A DNA stretch of 64,000 nt from Candidatus Woesebacteria bacterium (GTDB lineage: Bacteria > Patescibacteriota > Microgenomatia > UBA8517): the NCBI GenBank assembly GCA_013374855.1, contig CP055308.1, positions 102,800 through 166,799 of the forward strand, given 5' to 3'. Positions 1 through 9,901 of the stretch are shown here, piece after piece (positions within the stretch are counted from its first letter, which is position 1; each line of letters opens with the position of its first letter). Position numbers and translations under genes: made by a program. The notes under the pieces are model-generated. The model was given only the letters and a program-made list of their open reading frames with translations, was not told where the DNA came from and ran no database searches.

Positions 1-330
1 TACAATCTGGCGGTTGCATATCGGGAAAAAGGAGAATTTGATAAAGCACTAACTGAAATGAAAAACACTCTTTCCTTTCTTGAAGAAGGTTCAGATGATA
101 GAAAGATCGTTGAGGAGGAAATTAAAAATATAGAATCCAAGAAAAAAGAAAAGGAAACAAAAAACCAGACAGAAACTAAAGAGCTGACTCCTCCAACAAA
201 ACCAGAAAGTGCATTGGAACCAAAAGTAAATCTACCTGAAGAAGCTGCACCTCCTTCCCCTGTTGCTACACCAGAGAACAAAGAATCAGAACCCACTCCA
301 ACAACCCCTTCTACTGAAGATCAACCATAA
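1..330 (+). CDS. C-terminal part of a TPR-repeat protein, 5' truncated by the window edge. It has a Pro/Thr/Glu-rich low-complexity tail.
   Basis: The frame is open from nt 1 (YNLAVAYREKGEFDKALTEM... is TPR-like). The listed ORF 58..330 is only the in-window Met-start portion. Confidence 0.45.
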   Translation, partial: YNLAVAYREKGEFDKALTEMKNTLSFLEEGSDDRKIVEEEIKNIESKKKEKETKNQTETKELTPPTKPESALEPKVNLPEEAAPPSPVATPENKESEPTPTTPSTEDQP

Positions 331-580
331 ATTGGAAGTATATTATACTAAACAATCCGAACAAAAATACGAGTTAAAATTCAAAAATAATATTAAATTT
401 TTGGCTTTTGGATTTTAATTTTAGCTATTGACTCTTAGGTCTCAAATTAACGCTCTTTTGCCCTTGTAATTTGATATTCTAAAATAACTAGCATTGTAAT
501 GTGTTCACAATCTTTATCTATAAAATCCCCCACAATTCAGACGGATAAAATCTAATTCCTATTTAGTTTTTAACTAAATC

Positions 581-1693
581 TCACTTTAGCACCGAAAGTG
601 GATTCAGGTGGGTACCCGACTTAATCACCTCAAAATGAAGATGTGTTCCGGTTGAGCGGCCAGTTGAACCCATCTTGCCAATAGCTGCACCGCGCGCAAC
701 AGTCTGCCCCACTTTAACATAAATTAAGGAAAGATGTGCATAAAGTGTTACATAACCATTACCATGATCAATCATAACGCGGTTTCCATAACCATAATTA
801 TCAGGCCAACCTGCAACAATAACTTTCCCGGCATCAGCTGCCAAAACATCAGGGGCTGATTTATTAGCAATATCAACTCCCTTATGATACCAAGCAAACC
901 GTTGAGTTATGGAACCAGATGCAGGCCAAACGAAATTGCCAGATGCAACAACAGTCCCCGCATCGGGAGTAATTTGTCTCATTCTTTCAGCAGGAGCTGT
1001 GGGTATTTCCGCAGGCATTACACCATCCGGCACAATCACAATCTGCCCAACAGCCAAAGCAAATGTCTCGTCGTTTATAAAAGTGTTATAAGGAAAATCT
1101 ACAATCGCCTGGGGCGAAGCATCATATTTTTTAGCTATAGAATAAACTGTATCCCCCTTTTGAACCTTATGTGAAACACCTGTAACAGGCAAAATTTCAA
1201 GCTTCTGCCCTACTTTTATAGTACCCTTTTTATCAAGTTTGTTCTGCCAACGGATGGTATCTTCTGAAACATTAAACTTTTGAGCAATTGAAGAAATTGT
1301 GTCCCCCGCAGCAACAGTATATTCTATTATTTTCTCACGGATTCTGTCTGAAACTATTGTTTCTGTAGCATCTTCCTCTGTTGCCGATGCCAATACAGAA
1401 GGAGCAGAAGAAACACTCCAAGGGTCAATGTTTCTACCGGGAAATTCATTTGCTACAATAGGGGCAATAAAAACACCTATCCCTGCCAAAGCTGCCATAC
1501 CTGTGTGAACAAATTTGCTTGCTAGCTTCCCCCTTCTCTTATACAAAGCAGCAGCAAAAACTTTTTTACCAGCCTCAAACTTAAAAAAAGAAAGACGCAA
1601 CCGATGGAAAAGAAAGTAAGAAAGCTCTCTAGAAAAAAGTTTAATCTCCTCCCAAAGCTCCAATACCTGTTCCAAAGAGTCTCCCATTTGCAA
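581..1693 (-). CDS. LysM-domain M23 family metallopeptidase (peptidoglycan hydrolase)
   Basis: Two LysM-like segments (YTVAAGDTISSIAQKFNVS, HKVQKGDTVYSIAKKY). The C-terminal M23 signature is GYGNRVMIDHGNGYVTLYAHL...GSTGRSTGTHLHFEV. Confidence 0.85.
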   Translation of the reverse strand: MQMGDSLEQVLELWEEIKLFSRELSYFLFHRLRLSFFKFEAGKKVFAAALYKRRGKLASKFVHTGMAALAGIGVFIAPIVANEFPGRNIDPWSVSSAPSVLASATEEDATETIVSDRIREKIIEYTVAAGDTISSIAQKFNVSEDTIRWQNKLDKKGTIKVGQKLEILPVTGVSHKVQKGDTVYSIAKKYDASPQAIVDFPYNTFINDETFALAVGQIVIVPDGVMPAEIPTAPAERMRQITPDAGTVVASGNFVWPASGSITQRFAWYHKGVDIANKSAPDVLAADAGKVIVAGWPDNYGYGNRVMIDHGNGYVTLYAHLSLIYVKVGQTVARGAAIGKMGSTGRSTGTHLHFEVIKSGTHLNPLSVLK

Positions 1694-1844
1694 GAATAAA
1701 AGTTATCATATAGAAAAGAAGAAGTCAAAGAATAATTACGAATTCTATTATTAGACATTTGCCCGTTTTTATGGAATATTAGCTTGCCAGAAGTCCAAAT
1801 GGAAAATTATCCAACCAAACTAGAAAGTTTGATGAATTACTCTA

Positions 1845-3329
1845 TTATTTGCAACTCGCATCAGCACAACAAGGATCATTGCAAATATACATTATTTGTT
1901 CTTTCCCAGTAGACTGTATCCCTTTAGAAGCGCTCCAAACATTTTGTACAAAAGGCTCGGTAATCAAATAACGAAAACCTTCCTTCTTTTGCGCATAATT
2001 TGACGCCATCTGCGCCAACCAAATTTGAAGTTCAGTTGAGCTTTTGAAGCTTAAATTGCCCCTATTTAGATTGCTTTGTTTCGAAAAAAACAACGAACCA
2101 CCAGTAGGATCAGGAACACCATTTAAAAATTGGTTATAAATTTCTTGAACTATACTCAAAGTTGCAGAAAACCGAGAACTTTGTGAAGGACATTTATCAG
2201 GATTCTGCAAACACCTATCTATCGCTTCTTGTGTAGCCTGCTCAAGAGTCATCCCAGACCAATTGCCTAAAATACTACTCAACATAGGAGCTAGAGCTTG
2301 TGTATAAGTTGAGGCAGTACCCGCAGATGCTCTATTTAAAAGCACCCACGCCATCAGAGATTGATAACTCACAGGATCCGTACCATTTGATGCCTCAGCA
2401 AAAACCGTAGCAGCAATATGAGACAGTGGAATATTTATTTGTTGTCTGGGAACTGATGAGGTACTGCCCTGAACATTTGAAGTCAGAATTATACTCCTCA
2501 AATTTGGCAAGGATTGAGATTGAGATTGAGAAGGAATTTGATTTTGATCTTTAGTTTGAGAGGTTGCCGGCATATTCAAAGACTTACTTACGGCGCCTAA
2601 TATAATATAAGGATTATTCACAAGATTATCCTCAGTAGCAAGTTCATCTGGAGACCCATCCAAGTCAGTGTCAATATAGATTTTGCCATATTTTGAAGAT
2701 AAAGCACCAGCAAAATCTAGTATTGTCAACACTGCTGTTAAAGTACCCTTTTGCTTCTTTGATATCTGATGAGTTTTCCCGGCAGAGTCATTCCAATAAC
2801 AATAATTTGCTGAACAAAAACATGAAGAAGTAGCCATTCCAAGTGCGCACGGCTCTGCGGATGGAGGTTTAGAATCGTTTGGGACAGAAGAAACTATTTG
2901 TTTCAAAACCATCTCAAGATGTTTATCCTCTGTTGAATCGTTTGCACTCCTCCCATCAGTATTGTAAGGAGGTTGTGGGTTATTCATATTTTGAACTAAA
3001 CCTTGCGTATTTACTCCAACTCCACCACCTGTGTTATACGGAGGTTGAGGTATATTAATATTCTGCAACAGCTTACTTAAATCTTTATTTTTCTCCTTCT
3101 CCCTTTCTCTTTGCCACTCCTGAGTATCTGGCAATGTAGTATGTGGGGATGTTCCACCTCCTACTCCTCCCGGGTCAATCACTGCCATTATCTTCACAAG
3201 AGTCGGATTATCCCTATTTGTTGCCAAAAGGACAGCTGATATTAATGAGGAAATAAAAAAAACGGTTATCACCACCCCTGCTGTAGTATTTATTAGAAAT
3301 CTGACTTTCCTAATTTTAGGCAGAAACAT
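1845..3329 (-). CDS. Hypothetical secreted/membrane-anchored protein with an internal NPQPPYNTxG repeat
   Basis: N-terminal TM/signal anchor, S/T/Q-rich, a duplicated motif NxNxPQPPYNT(G/D)G, and multiple Cys. No recognisable catalytic motif. Confidence 0.5.
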   Translation of the reverse strand: MFLPKIRKVRFLINTTAGVVITVFFISSLISAVLLATNRDNPTLVKIMAVIDPGGVGGGTSPHTTLPDTQEWQREREKEKNKDLSKLLQNINIPQPPYNTGGGVGVNTQGLVQNMNNPQPPYNTDGRSANDSTEDKHLEMVLKQIVSSVPNDSKPPSAEPCALGMATSSCFCSANYCYWNDSAGKTHQISKKQKGTLTAVLTILDFAGALSSKYGKIYIDTDLDGSPDELATEDNLVNNPYIILGAVSKSLNMPATSQTKDQNQIPSQSQSQSLPNLRSIILTSNVQGSTSSVPRQQINIPLSHIAATVFAEASNGTDPVSYQSLMAWVLLNRASAGTASTYTQALAPMLSSILGNWSGMTLEQATQEAIDRCLQNPDKCPSQSSRFSATLSIVQEIYNQFLNGVPDPTGGSLFFSKQSNLNRGNLSFKSSTELQIWLAQMASNYAQKKEGFRYLITEPFVQNVWSASKGIQSTGKEQIMYICNDPCCADASCK

Positions 3330-3584
3330 TATACTTTAATCTTAAACACTCGTGAAAAATTAATCAAGAGGTTCCTCATTTTAACTATCACCTGCTAATA
3401 CTGGCAGACAAGATGCAATAAAAATTGTCCCACAACCTTGGTAATTGTCTATTACCCAATAACAACTAACTTATACCCACACTTATTAAAATCCAAGCTA
3501 ACACGATATAATTAATTCGATTAATCTTGATTTGTTTGTGTCATAAATTTCAACTGGAAGTCAAGTTTTGAGTTCTTTGAGTGA

Positions 3585-4904
3585 TTATCCTTTTGTCAAT
3601 TTATTAAGAAATTCCTTGTTGTCTTCTGTTTCTTTTAATTTTTGCAAGAAAAGCTCTGTTCTCTCATCATCACTCATCAAATCAAGCATCCGCCTCATTG
3701 TCAGAATCTTTGGCATATCTTCTTTATCATACAAAAGCTCCTCTTGCCTTGTCCCAGAGCGGGTCAAATCAATTGCCGGAAAAATCCGTCGCTCAGCTAA
3801 CTTCCTGTCCAAATGAAGTTCCATATTACCTGTCCCTTTAAATTCCTCATAAATAAGATCGTCCATTCTGCTTCCTGTGTCAACAAGACAGGTGCCAATA
3901 ATTGTCAAGCTTCCACCATTTTCAATTTTTCTTGCTGCACCGAAAAACTTCTTTGCCGGGAAAAGTGCCATAGGGTCAAAACCTCCGGAAAGTGTTCTGC
4001 CAGAAGTTGGAAGCGCCAAGTTATAAGCACGAGCCATTCTGGTTATAGAATCAAGCAAAATAACAACATCCGCACCGTTCTCAACCATTCTTTTTGCTTT
4101 CTCCAAAGCAAGTTCACCCACTCGTGTTTGATCAGCAGGTGCCTCATCAAAATTGGAAGCAACAACCTCTCCTTTACCAGCAGTTACGGCCTCCATATGA
4201 CGCTTAATATCGGTAACCTCTTCGGGTCGCTCACCAATAAGAACAGCCATAAGATGGACCTTTTTAGCTTTTGATTTTGAATCCCCTTCAGGGTAATTTT
4301 TGGCAATTCCAGCAATAATATCTTTCATCAGCCAAGTCTTACCCGCTTTCGGCGGAGAAACAACTAAACCGCGCTGCCCAAAACCAATCGGGGCAATCAG
4401 ATCAATAACACGGGTAGAAAGCGGTTCTTTGCCGGTTGAAAGATTGATCCGTGTATCAGGATAAATAGCCGTCATATCATCAAGATCAACTCGCTCTGTT
4501 GGAAGCTCTTCCACTGGTTTTCCATTGACATTTTCCACCTTAAGAAGCCCCCAATAGCGTTCATTTTCCTTAGGCCGTCTTGCCTGACCACCAACCCAAT
4601 CACCAACACGCAAATTAAACCGCCTGATTTGGCTTGCTGAGATATAAATATCACGATCCGACGGGTGATACTTTGGACGAAGAAGGCCAGACCCTTCACG
4701 AGCAATATCCAAAACCCCCTCAACATATTCAGTCGGCAGATTTGCATCCGGTATAACACGTTCATCAACCGTCAAAAGAGGTTTGCCATTACCTTGAGGT
4801 TCAATTGCTACCTGCCCTTTTCCCAAGTTACCTGCCACATCAGGTTGTGGTAAAGACTGATTCTGATCCGCCATTAAAAAAGGTTCATCGTTTGTCATAA
4901 CCAA
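3585..4904 (-). CDS. rho: Transcription termination factor Rho
   Basis: Walker A GFGQRGLVVSPPKAGKT and ERPEEVTDI. Rho RNA-binding and ATPase domains are collinear, with LLDSITRMARAYN at the C-terminus. Confidence 0.9.
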   Translation of the reverse strand: MVMTNDEPFLMADQNQSLPQPDVAGNLGKGQVAIEPQGNGKPLLTVDERVIPDANLPTEYVEGVLDIAREGSGLLRPKYHPSDRDIYISASQIRRFNLRVGDWVGGQARRPKENERYWGLLKVENVNGKPVEELPTERVDLDDMTAIYPDTRINLSTGKEPLSTRVIDLIAPIGFGQRGLVVSPPKAGKTWLMKDIIAGIAKNYPEGDSKSKAKKVHLMAVLIGERPEEVTDIKRHMEAVTAGKGEVVASNFDEAPADQTRVGELALEKAKRMVENGADVVILLDSITRMARAYNLALPTSGRTLSGGFDPMALFPAKKFFGAARKIENGGSLTIIGTCLVDTGSRMDDLIYEEFKGTGNMELHLDRKLAERRIFPAIDLTRSGTRQEELLYDKEDMPKILTMRRMLDLMSDDERTELFLQKLKETEDNKEFLNKLTKG

Positions 4905-5110
4905 GGATTTAGATTAACTTAGTTTCATTTCGTCAAAAGGAAGAAACCTTAAGTTCCCGAGGGGGAAACTATTGTTAGTTTATGACAAAGGCAAAAAGTT
5001 GTCAATAGGAAAAAGAAGCAGCAGCAAATATCAGGAAACTGATATCAGGCAAACTCATACAAATTATCCCTAAAGAAAATGAAACAAAAATCATAAGTTA
5101 TTAAAAAGTT

Positions 5111-8100
5111 TTAACTTTTGAGCTTTGGTTTACCTCCCCTCATCAAAAGCAAAACTGATATACCACCAACCAAAAATCCAATCCATTGCAAAGCTTGCGG
5201 CCAGAAGAAAACAAAAACCTTAAAGCTACCCTCTCCCGATTTAGAATCACCCGCAGGAATCAACCACCCATTTGCCCAAGAGTTAACTTTCAAGTGTTTG
5301 AGTAATTTGTAGCCTCTAATTTCTAATTTGGAACTAGGTATCTCCAGCGCCACCCATCCCTTATCAAAACCCTGCGGTAGAACTAATATCTCATAACGAG
5401 CATTGTTTAACGACCGACCATCAAAACCCACCTGAACTTTATATCCCCAAGTGCCATATTTTTTAACACTCAAAACTTCAAGATTGTTTTGCTCACCTTT
5501 AAGGGAGCCTCCTTTAAAGGTAGTAAGCTGATAAAACCAGTCTATGTCAATAGGTATAAAAGTAATATCTTCTATAATGTTTTCTGACATTATTTTGCCA
5601 AATGAACGTGTTTCGATATTTAAAGTGTAACCTTCTGGAATATTCTCGTAGCTTTTTGTAAATTCGTAAACTTCTTTGCTTTCTGATGGATAAATCACAA
5701 AATAACTATCAAAATCTCCATTTTTATCTGCTTTCAAAAGCTCTTCCAAATCCATTCTTCCTGTCCGCAAGTTTTGAAGATAAACCTTCAAACTTCTCCC
5801 TGCTAGGTTTTTACCCTTTATTCTCATAAGCCAAGCACGGCTGCGGTCAAGAGTCGGATAATAAAACCAGTCACACGACACTCCTCCATCATAGGCTCCA
5901 TAAAAATTTCCCTTATCAAGACGCTTTTTAACCGCGATTCCTTTCTTTTTTAGATCACAGTTGTAACCTTCTTTGAAACCTTGCTCTTCTCCAAATTTTT
6001 CCTCTATTTTCTCAACAACAGGCAGAACTACCTTAGCCAAATAATCTTTATTTTCCACCACCAAACTTTCCCTTTCTCCATCATCTAGTATCCGAAAAGA
6101 GACACTTGCCCGCGGATCAAAATTGACAAAAGGGAAAGCCGGCGTTGACAAACCGTCATCTCCGCTTACATATTCCCCATAATTTTGATATATATAGTCA
6201 TATTTTGAATATTTTAAGTCGGAATTGATACTAAAAAAATTCCCCGGAGTCTGGACAGGGTCGGACCCTGTCCAAGAAGAAAAGTGATAAACTGTTAAAA
6301 ATCCAAACTGGGCAACTTTTTCAATACGGGAGGATTTATCAAAGAGATCCTTAATTTGCTTGAAATACAAAATTTTGCCATCACCGCCAGCGTTCACCAC
6401 CGATTCATCAAGCAAAAGATAGGAAACATTATACTTCTCAAGCACCTTCTCAAATTCACTAACAACTTCCTTATTCCACTTTTCTATACCTTCTTTTAGC
6501 TCTTCCTCCCTCTTGCAATCCTTCTTGTCTTGACAGGGTCGGACCCTGTCCAAATCAATCAGATGATATTTGTAAAGAGTGCTTGATGCTTCATTGTAAA
6601 AACTCTCGTTATAAGGACTCCAACGATCATAATCTCTTATTAAAATAGGTCTTTCTATGCCAAAACCCAAGAAACCAGATCCCTCATACTTCCATTCGTG
6701 ATATTCCCAACCCCAAAGACTATAAACAGGAAAAACTGCTATTCTTCCATCATAATTCCTCATATAATCAAAAAGCTCAAAATACTCTGATGGCAAATCT
6801 CTTCTTACAATAGAGCTAATCAACTCACCATTAAAAAATGGCCAGCAACGATACACTAAAGCAAAAAAGACTAAAGCAGATAATAAAGAATAAACCAAAA
6901 ACCTAATCCTAAAGCGACCAAATAAAGAAAACAAATAATAAAAGAAGACTCCAAAATAAAAAGAAAGAGAAAATTGGTAAAGAATAGAAAACTTAGTAAA
7001 AGGCATTCGAAAACCTTCTCTAAAAACGTCGTATCTATCAACGAGTATGCCGTATATTCTACCTAAGGGGCCGTTAATATTTTGTAAAAAAAACAAAGAT
7101 ATCAATAAAATAGAAATAAAAGACCAAAGTTCTTTTTTCTTTGCAAAAAAAGAAAAAAATATTCCAATAACACAAATAACAAACAAAAGAAAACCAAGCT
7201 CTTTTAGGTAAGGAGAATTCAAATGGGAATTCCAGGAAGCCATCAAATCGACAAAAGTATTATTCTCAAAATCAAAAGCCCGCCAATCAAAAAGAAAATT
7301 TTTCCCCAAGACAACATCCTGCCAACTTCCATAATCTTGGTTTCTCAAAAAAACTTCGGGAGAGAAAAGCTGGTTAATCTTCGAGTCAATTATTACTGAA
7401 GAAGCATTGAGTATACTATACAAATTTGGTAAAAGCCAATACGCATTGAGAGCAATCTGAAGAAATAAAACAAGAAACACTTTTTTAAAAGTAATAAAAT
7501 TTCTTGAAAGCACAAAATAAACTCCAAGAAAAGCAACAAAACAGACAAGAAAAGCCAAATACAAAGCAGAGGCATAAGCCATTGATGAAGCAAAAAAAGT
7601 AAAAATAGAAAACCAAAAAAGACTGTGCTTATCCCCACTCCTCAAAAATTTCATCAAAAACAAAAAAATCCAGGGTAAAAATCCAAATTGAACACAAAAC
7701 ATCTCAAAAGGAACGTAAAAATGTTGAAGTGTAATAAGATTTAGAAGATAAAAAAGAGAAGCAAGAAACGCAGAAAAATTGGTTGCTAATTTGTTATTCT
7801 CTTCAAAAATAAATTTAAAAGCAAAATAAAAACCCAAAGGCCCTAAGAATAAACATAAAAAAACAAAACTGTAACGCAAGAAGTTCTGGGGAAAGAAAAA
7901 TGATTCAAGCCATAAAATAAAAATACGAGGCAAATCAGCCATATGAGAATGGGTAAAAAGATCCCCCACCCCTTGGTCTTCCCTCCAAACACCAGAGAAA
8001 GCTCTCTGAAAAGCCAAACGAAAATCAAATTCAGGATGAAGTGAGTCCCAACCCAGTAAATAAGTTCCGGATTGATAATTTTTATAAGCGATAAAAAAAA

Positions 8101-8164
8101 CAGTAAGAAAAATTAAAAAAGGAAAAAGTAATCTTTCCAAGTAACGCAAAGTTTTAGAAAACAT
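5111..8164 (-). CDS. Large polytopic membrane protein (1017 aa). It has about 12-14 N-terminal TM helices, a ~450-aa soluble domain and a C-terminal TM. It is possibly a GT-C-fold glycosyltransferase.
   Basis: Hydrophobicity pattern. There is an acidic first loop (GWDSLHPEFDF...REDQGVGD). The architecture resembles the STT3/PMT/ArnT family, but no firm motif match was found. Confidence 0.55.
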   Translation of the reverse strand: MFSKTLRYLERLLFPFLIFLTVFFIAYKNYQSGTYLLGWDSLHPEFDFRLAFQRAFSGVWREDQGVGDLFTHSHMADLPRIFILWLESFFFPQNFLRYSFVFLCLFLGPLGFYFAFKFIFEENNKLATNFSAFLASLFYLLNLITLQHFYVPFEMFCVQFGFLPWIFLFLMKFLRSGDKHSLFWFSIFTFFASSMAYASALYLAFLVCFVAFLGVYFVLSRNFITFKKVFLVLFLQIALNAYWLLPNLYSILNASSVIIDSKINQLFSPEVFLRNQDYGSWQDVVLGKNFLFDWRAFDFENNTFVDLMASWNSHLNSPYLKELGFLLFVICVIGIFFSFFAKKKELWSFISILLISLFFLQNINGPLGRIYGILVDRYDVFREGFRMPFTKFSILYQFSLSFYFGVFFYYLFSLFGRFRIRFLVYSLLSALVFFALVYRCWPFFNGELISSIVRRDLPSEYFELFDYMRNYDGRIAVFPVYSLWGWEYHEWKYEGSGFLGFGIERPILIRDYDRWSPYNESFYNEASSTLYKYHLIDLDRVRPCQDKKDCKREEELKEGIEKWNKEVVSEFEKVLEKYNVSYLLLDESVVNAGGDGKILYFKQIKDLFDKSSRIEKVAQFGFLTVYHFSSWTGSDPVQTPGNFFSINSDLKYSKYDYIYQNYGEYVSGDDGLSTPAFPFVNFDPRASVSFRILDDGERESLVVENKDYLAKVVLPVVEKIEEKFGEEQGFKEGYNCDLKKKGIAVKKRLDKGNFYGAYDGGVSCDWFYYPTLDRSRAWLMRIKGKNLAGRSLKVYLQNLRTGRMDLEELLKADKNGDFDSYFVIYPSESKEVYEFTKSYENIPEGYTLNIETRSFGKIMSENIIEDITFIPIDIDWFYQLTTFKGGSLKGEQNNLEVLSVKKYGTWGYKVQVGFDGRSLNNARYEILVLPQGFDKGWVALEIPSSKLEIRGYKLLKHLKVNSWANGWLIPAGDSKSGEGSFKVFVFFWPQALQWIGFLVGGISVLLLMRGGKPKLKS
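6252..6274. repeat. GC-rich palindromic element copy 1 (tggacagggtc-g-gaccctgtcca) inside the 5111..8164 CDS
   Basis: Perfect 11-bp inverted arms around a single central nucleotide. It shares the 22-bp core GACAGGGTCGGACCCTGTCCAA with copy 2. Confidence 0.75.
6531..6553. repeat. GC-rich palindromic element copy 2 (gacagggtc-g-gaccctgtc) inside the 5111..8164 CDS
   Basis: Identical 22-bp core, 279 bp from copy 1. It is translated in a different reading frame from copy 1 (DRVRPCQD versus GSDPVQT), so the repeat is at the DNA level. Confidence 0.75.
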
Positions 8165-8280
8165 ACTTATTATTTTATTCTAATACCAGACAAAAATAAA
8201 AAGGCCCTGCACAAAATAAATTTCAACATCCAAAGGATGAAGAAAAGTGCAGGGCCAGTATCGAGGCAAAAACTCTTATT

Positions 8281-9189
8281 CTATCGACTCACGGTCGTGT
8301 GCATTGTTGCAAGAATGCGATCTCCTGCGTGCACAATAACCATTACATCGACAGTTTCACAGGCATTCGGTTGAATACCACAGTTTGCACCAGCATTAAT
8401 TGAACTCCCCGCGTTTAACACGTCGCCCGTTATTGAGTTCCGTAGCGTTGGATAGTTCAGCATATTAGCCGCTGCATGACTGGTTAATCCCCAGACTGCC
8501 CATTCAAGAGCTTCACCATTCCAGTAGCGTCCCATAACGGTAAAGCCGTTATTAACGCTCTGATCGCGCCAAGTAAAGCTTTCGTTCATTACATTGAACA
8601 AAATGATCAGACAACCTTTACGGTCTTGACCTTCAACATTTTGGCACGAATAGCTAAACTTAGGCGAGGTAAACTTGTAATCACCGCTTATAAGCCGATA
8701 GTGCCAGGCTGGTATAACCCAGTCACAGCGTTGATCCTGCTCACAGAACGGCGAATCATCCTGTCCGTACTCTACTCCGTCAGCGACATTAAAATCAGCC
8801 ACTTTCGGATTGGCAACGTTTGGAAACGTCGGCCAGAGTTCCGGCGCTGGCGCTCGGACCTTCGGCAGCCAAGCTGCAACGATTGGATCGTCTTTTAGAT
8901 CAATTTCGTTAATTTCCCAACCATTGTTAGAAAACTGTGCAGCTAAAGTTGCCGGCGGTACTCCATCAGTTAGATCCACGGGGCTTGATGCTTCTTGCGT
9001 ATTTTGTGCAAGATTTGCTACTTGCGTAGCCAATCCCGACACTGTTTGAGCAAGTTCAGCTTGCTGAGTAGCTAGTAATGCCAAGACTTCAGATTCTACA
9101 TTCGGCTCAACTGGTTCCCGCCCCTTTACCGCATCGCACGCGGTAAGGAGGAGAATCGAAACAACAACCAAAACAAGTATTTTCTTCAT
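8281..9189 (-). CDS. Hypothetical lipoprotein (lipobox LLLTAC), Cys-containing, in a GC-elevated gene
   Basis: AGGAGG lies 7 nt upstream of the ATG at 9189. Signal peptide is MKKILVLVVVSILLLTAC. About 48-50% GC against about 35% in the flanks. Confidence 0.7.
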   Translation of the reverse strand: MKKILVLVVVSILLLTACDAVKGREPVEPNVESEVLALLATQQAELAQTVSGLATQVANLAQNTQEASSPVDLTDGVPPATLAAQFSNNGWEINEIDLKDDPIVAAWLPKVRAPAPELWPTFPNVANPKVADFNVADGVEYGQDDSPFCEQDQRCDWVIPAWHYRLISGDYKFTSPKFSYSCQNVEGQDRKGCLIILFNVMNESFTWRDQSVNNGFTVMGRYWNGEALEWAVWGLTSHAAANMLNYPTLRNSITGDVLNAGSSINAGANCGIQPNACETVDVMVIVHAGDRILATMHTTVSR

Positions 9190-9607
9190 GGCTTCCTCCT
9201 CTGTGAATATAGACTTTTTCTCTGGCAAGAGAACTCACCTAACGGTGAGGGTCTGAAAACTAAAAACAAAAATAAAAACAAATTAAACCTTTAATTTTCA
9301 GAATCCCACCGTCAGATAAGAAATCTGCCAGAGGTTTTTTGCCTCGATTTGTTAAGGTGCTAAAATCACCTTTTTAAAGAAGGGTTTTGTAGTCTTGAAA
9401 AACTTCTCGCAAAAGAAAAGCCAAACCACAAACACCCTTTCTGCTCTTGAAAGCAGAAGCATATTTTCGGTTCTCTCTTCCTCTTTCTTTTAAATTTAAA
9501 AAAACAGGAGAGCTCACACCCCCATACAAAAGCTAACCAAAAACACTTATTCTGCTTTCAAAAGCCAGTCTCTGTCTTTAAAGGAGAACCCCCTAAAGGC
9601 AAAGTTA

Positions 9608-9859
9608 TTAAAGAGCAAATTTTTTAGATAAACGATAGAATAAAAACCCTGTGCCAAGAAGTCCTGCAGCAACAAGAAGAGGATAATCTTCAATTCCAGT
9701 TTCAACCGGTTTGTGTTCAGGTGCTTTTACACCACAAACAACTCCGCCACCGTAAACGGTTGTGCAAACAGTTTCCTGAGCAAAAGCAGTGTTTACCCTG
9801 CCCAAGACAACTGTCAAAAATGCAAATATAACTATAAGTCTTTTCATAATGATAAGCAA
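9608..9859 (-). CDS. Small secreted protein with a C-terminal sorting-signal-like architecture (candidate sortase substrate)
   Basis: N-terminal signal peptide. The C-terminus reads ...EHKPVETG-IEDYP-LLVAAGLLGTGFLFY-RLSKK: a pentapeptide-like motif, a hydrophobic segment and a basic tail. It sits directly next to the sortase gene. Confidence 0.6.
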   Translation of the reverse strand: MLIIMKRLIVIFAFLTVVLGRVNTAFAQETVCTTVYGGGVVCGVKAPEHKPVETGIEDYPLLVAAGLLGTGFLFYRLSKKFAL

Positions 9860-9901
9860 TTATACTCTATAGTTTTTTATTTGTCAAGCGCTATAGGATA
9901 A

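Noticed and set aside
884-1508. ORFs 884..1174, 909..1091 and 1299..1508 on the plus strand
   Set aside because: They lie entirely antisense within the well-supported M23 peptidase gene, have low-complexity translations and no start context. Frame shadows.
3568-4853. ORFs 3568..3816, 3813..4274, 4472..4768 and 4665..4853
   Set aside because: They are antisense to, or out-of-frame within, rho. Spurious.
9240-9600. Two similar short hairpins (ttctgctcttgaaagcagaa at ~9440 and ttctgctttcaaaagccaga at ~9560) in the lipoprotein-sortase intergenic region
   Set aside because: Imperfect and short, with no T-run in either orientation. They may be weak terminators or chance. Not enough to call a repeat family.
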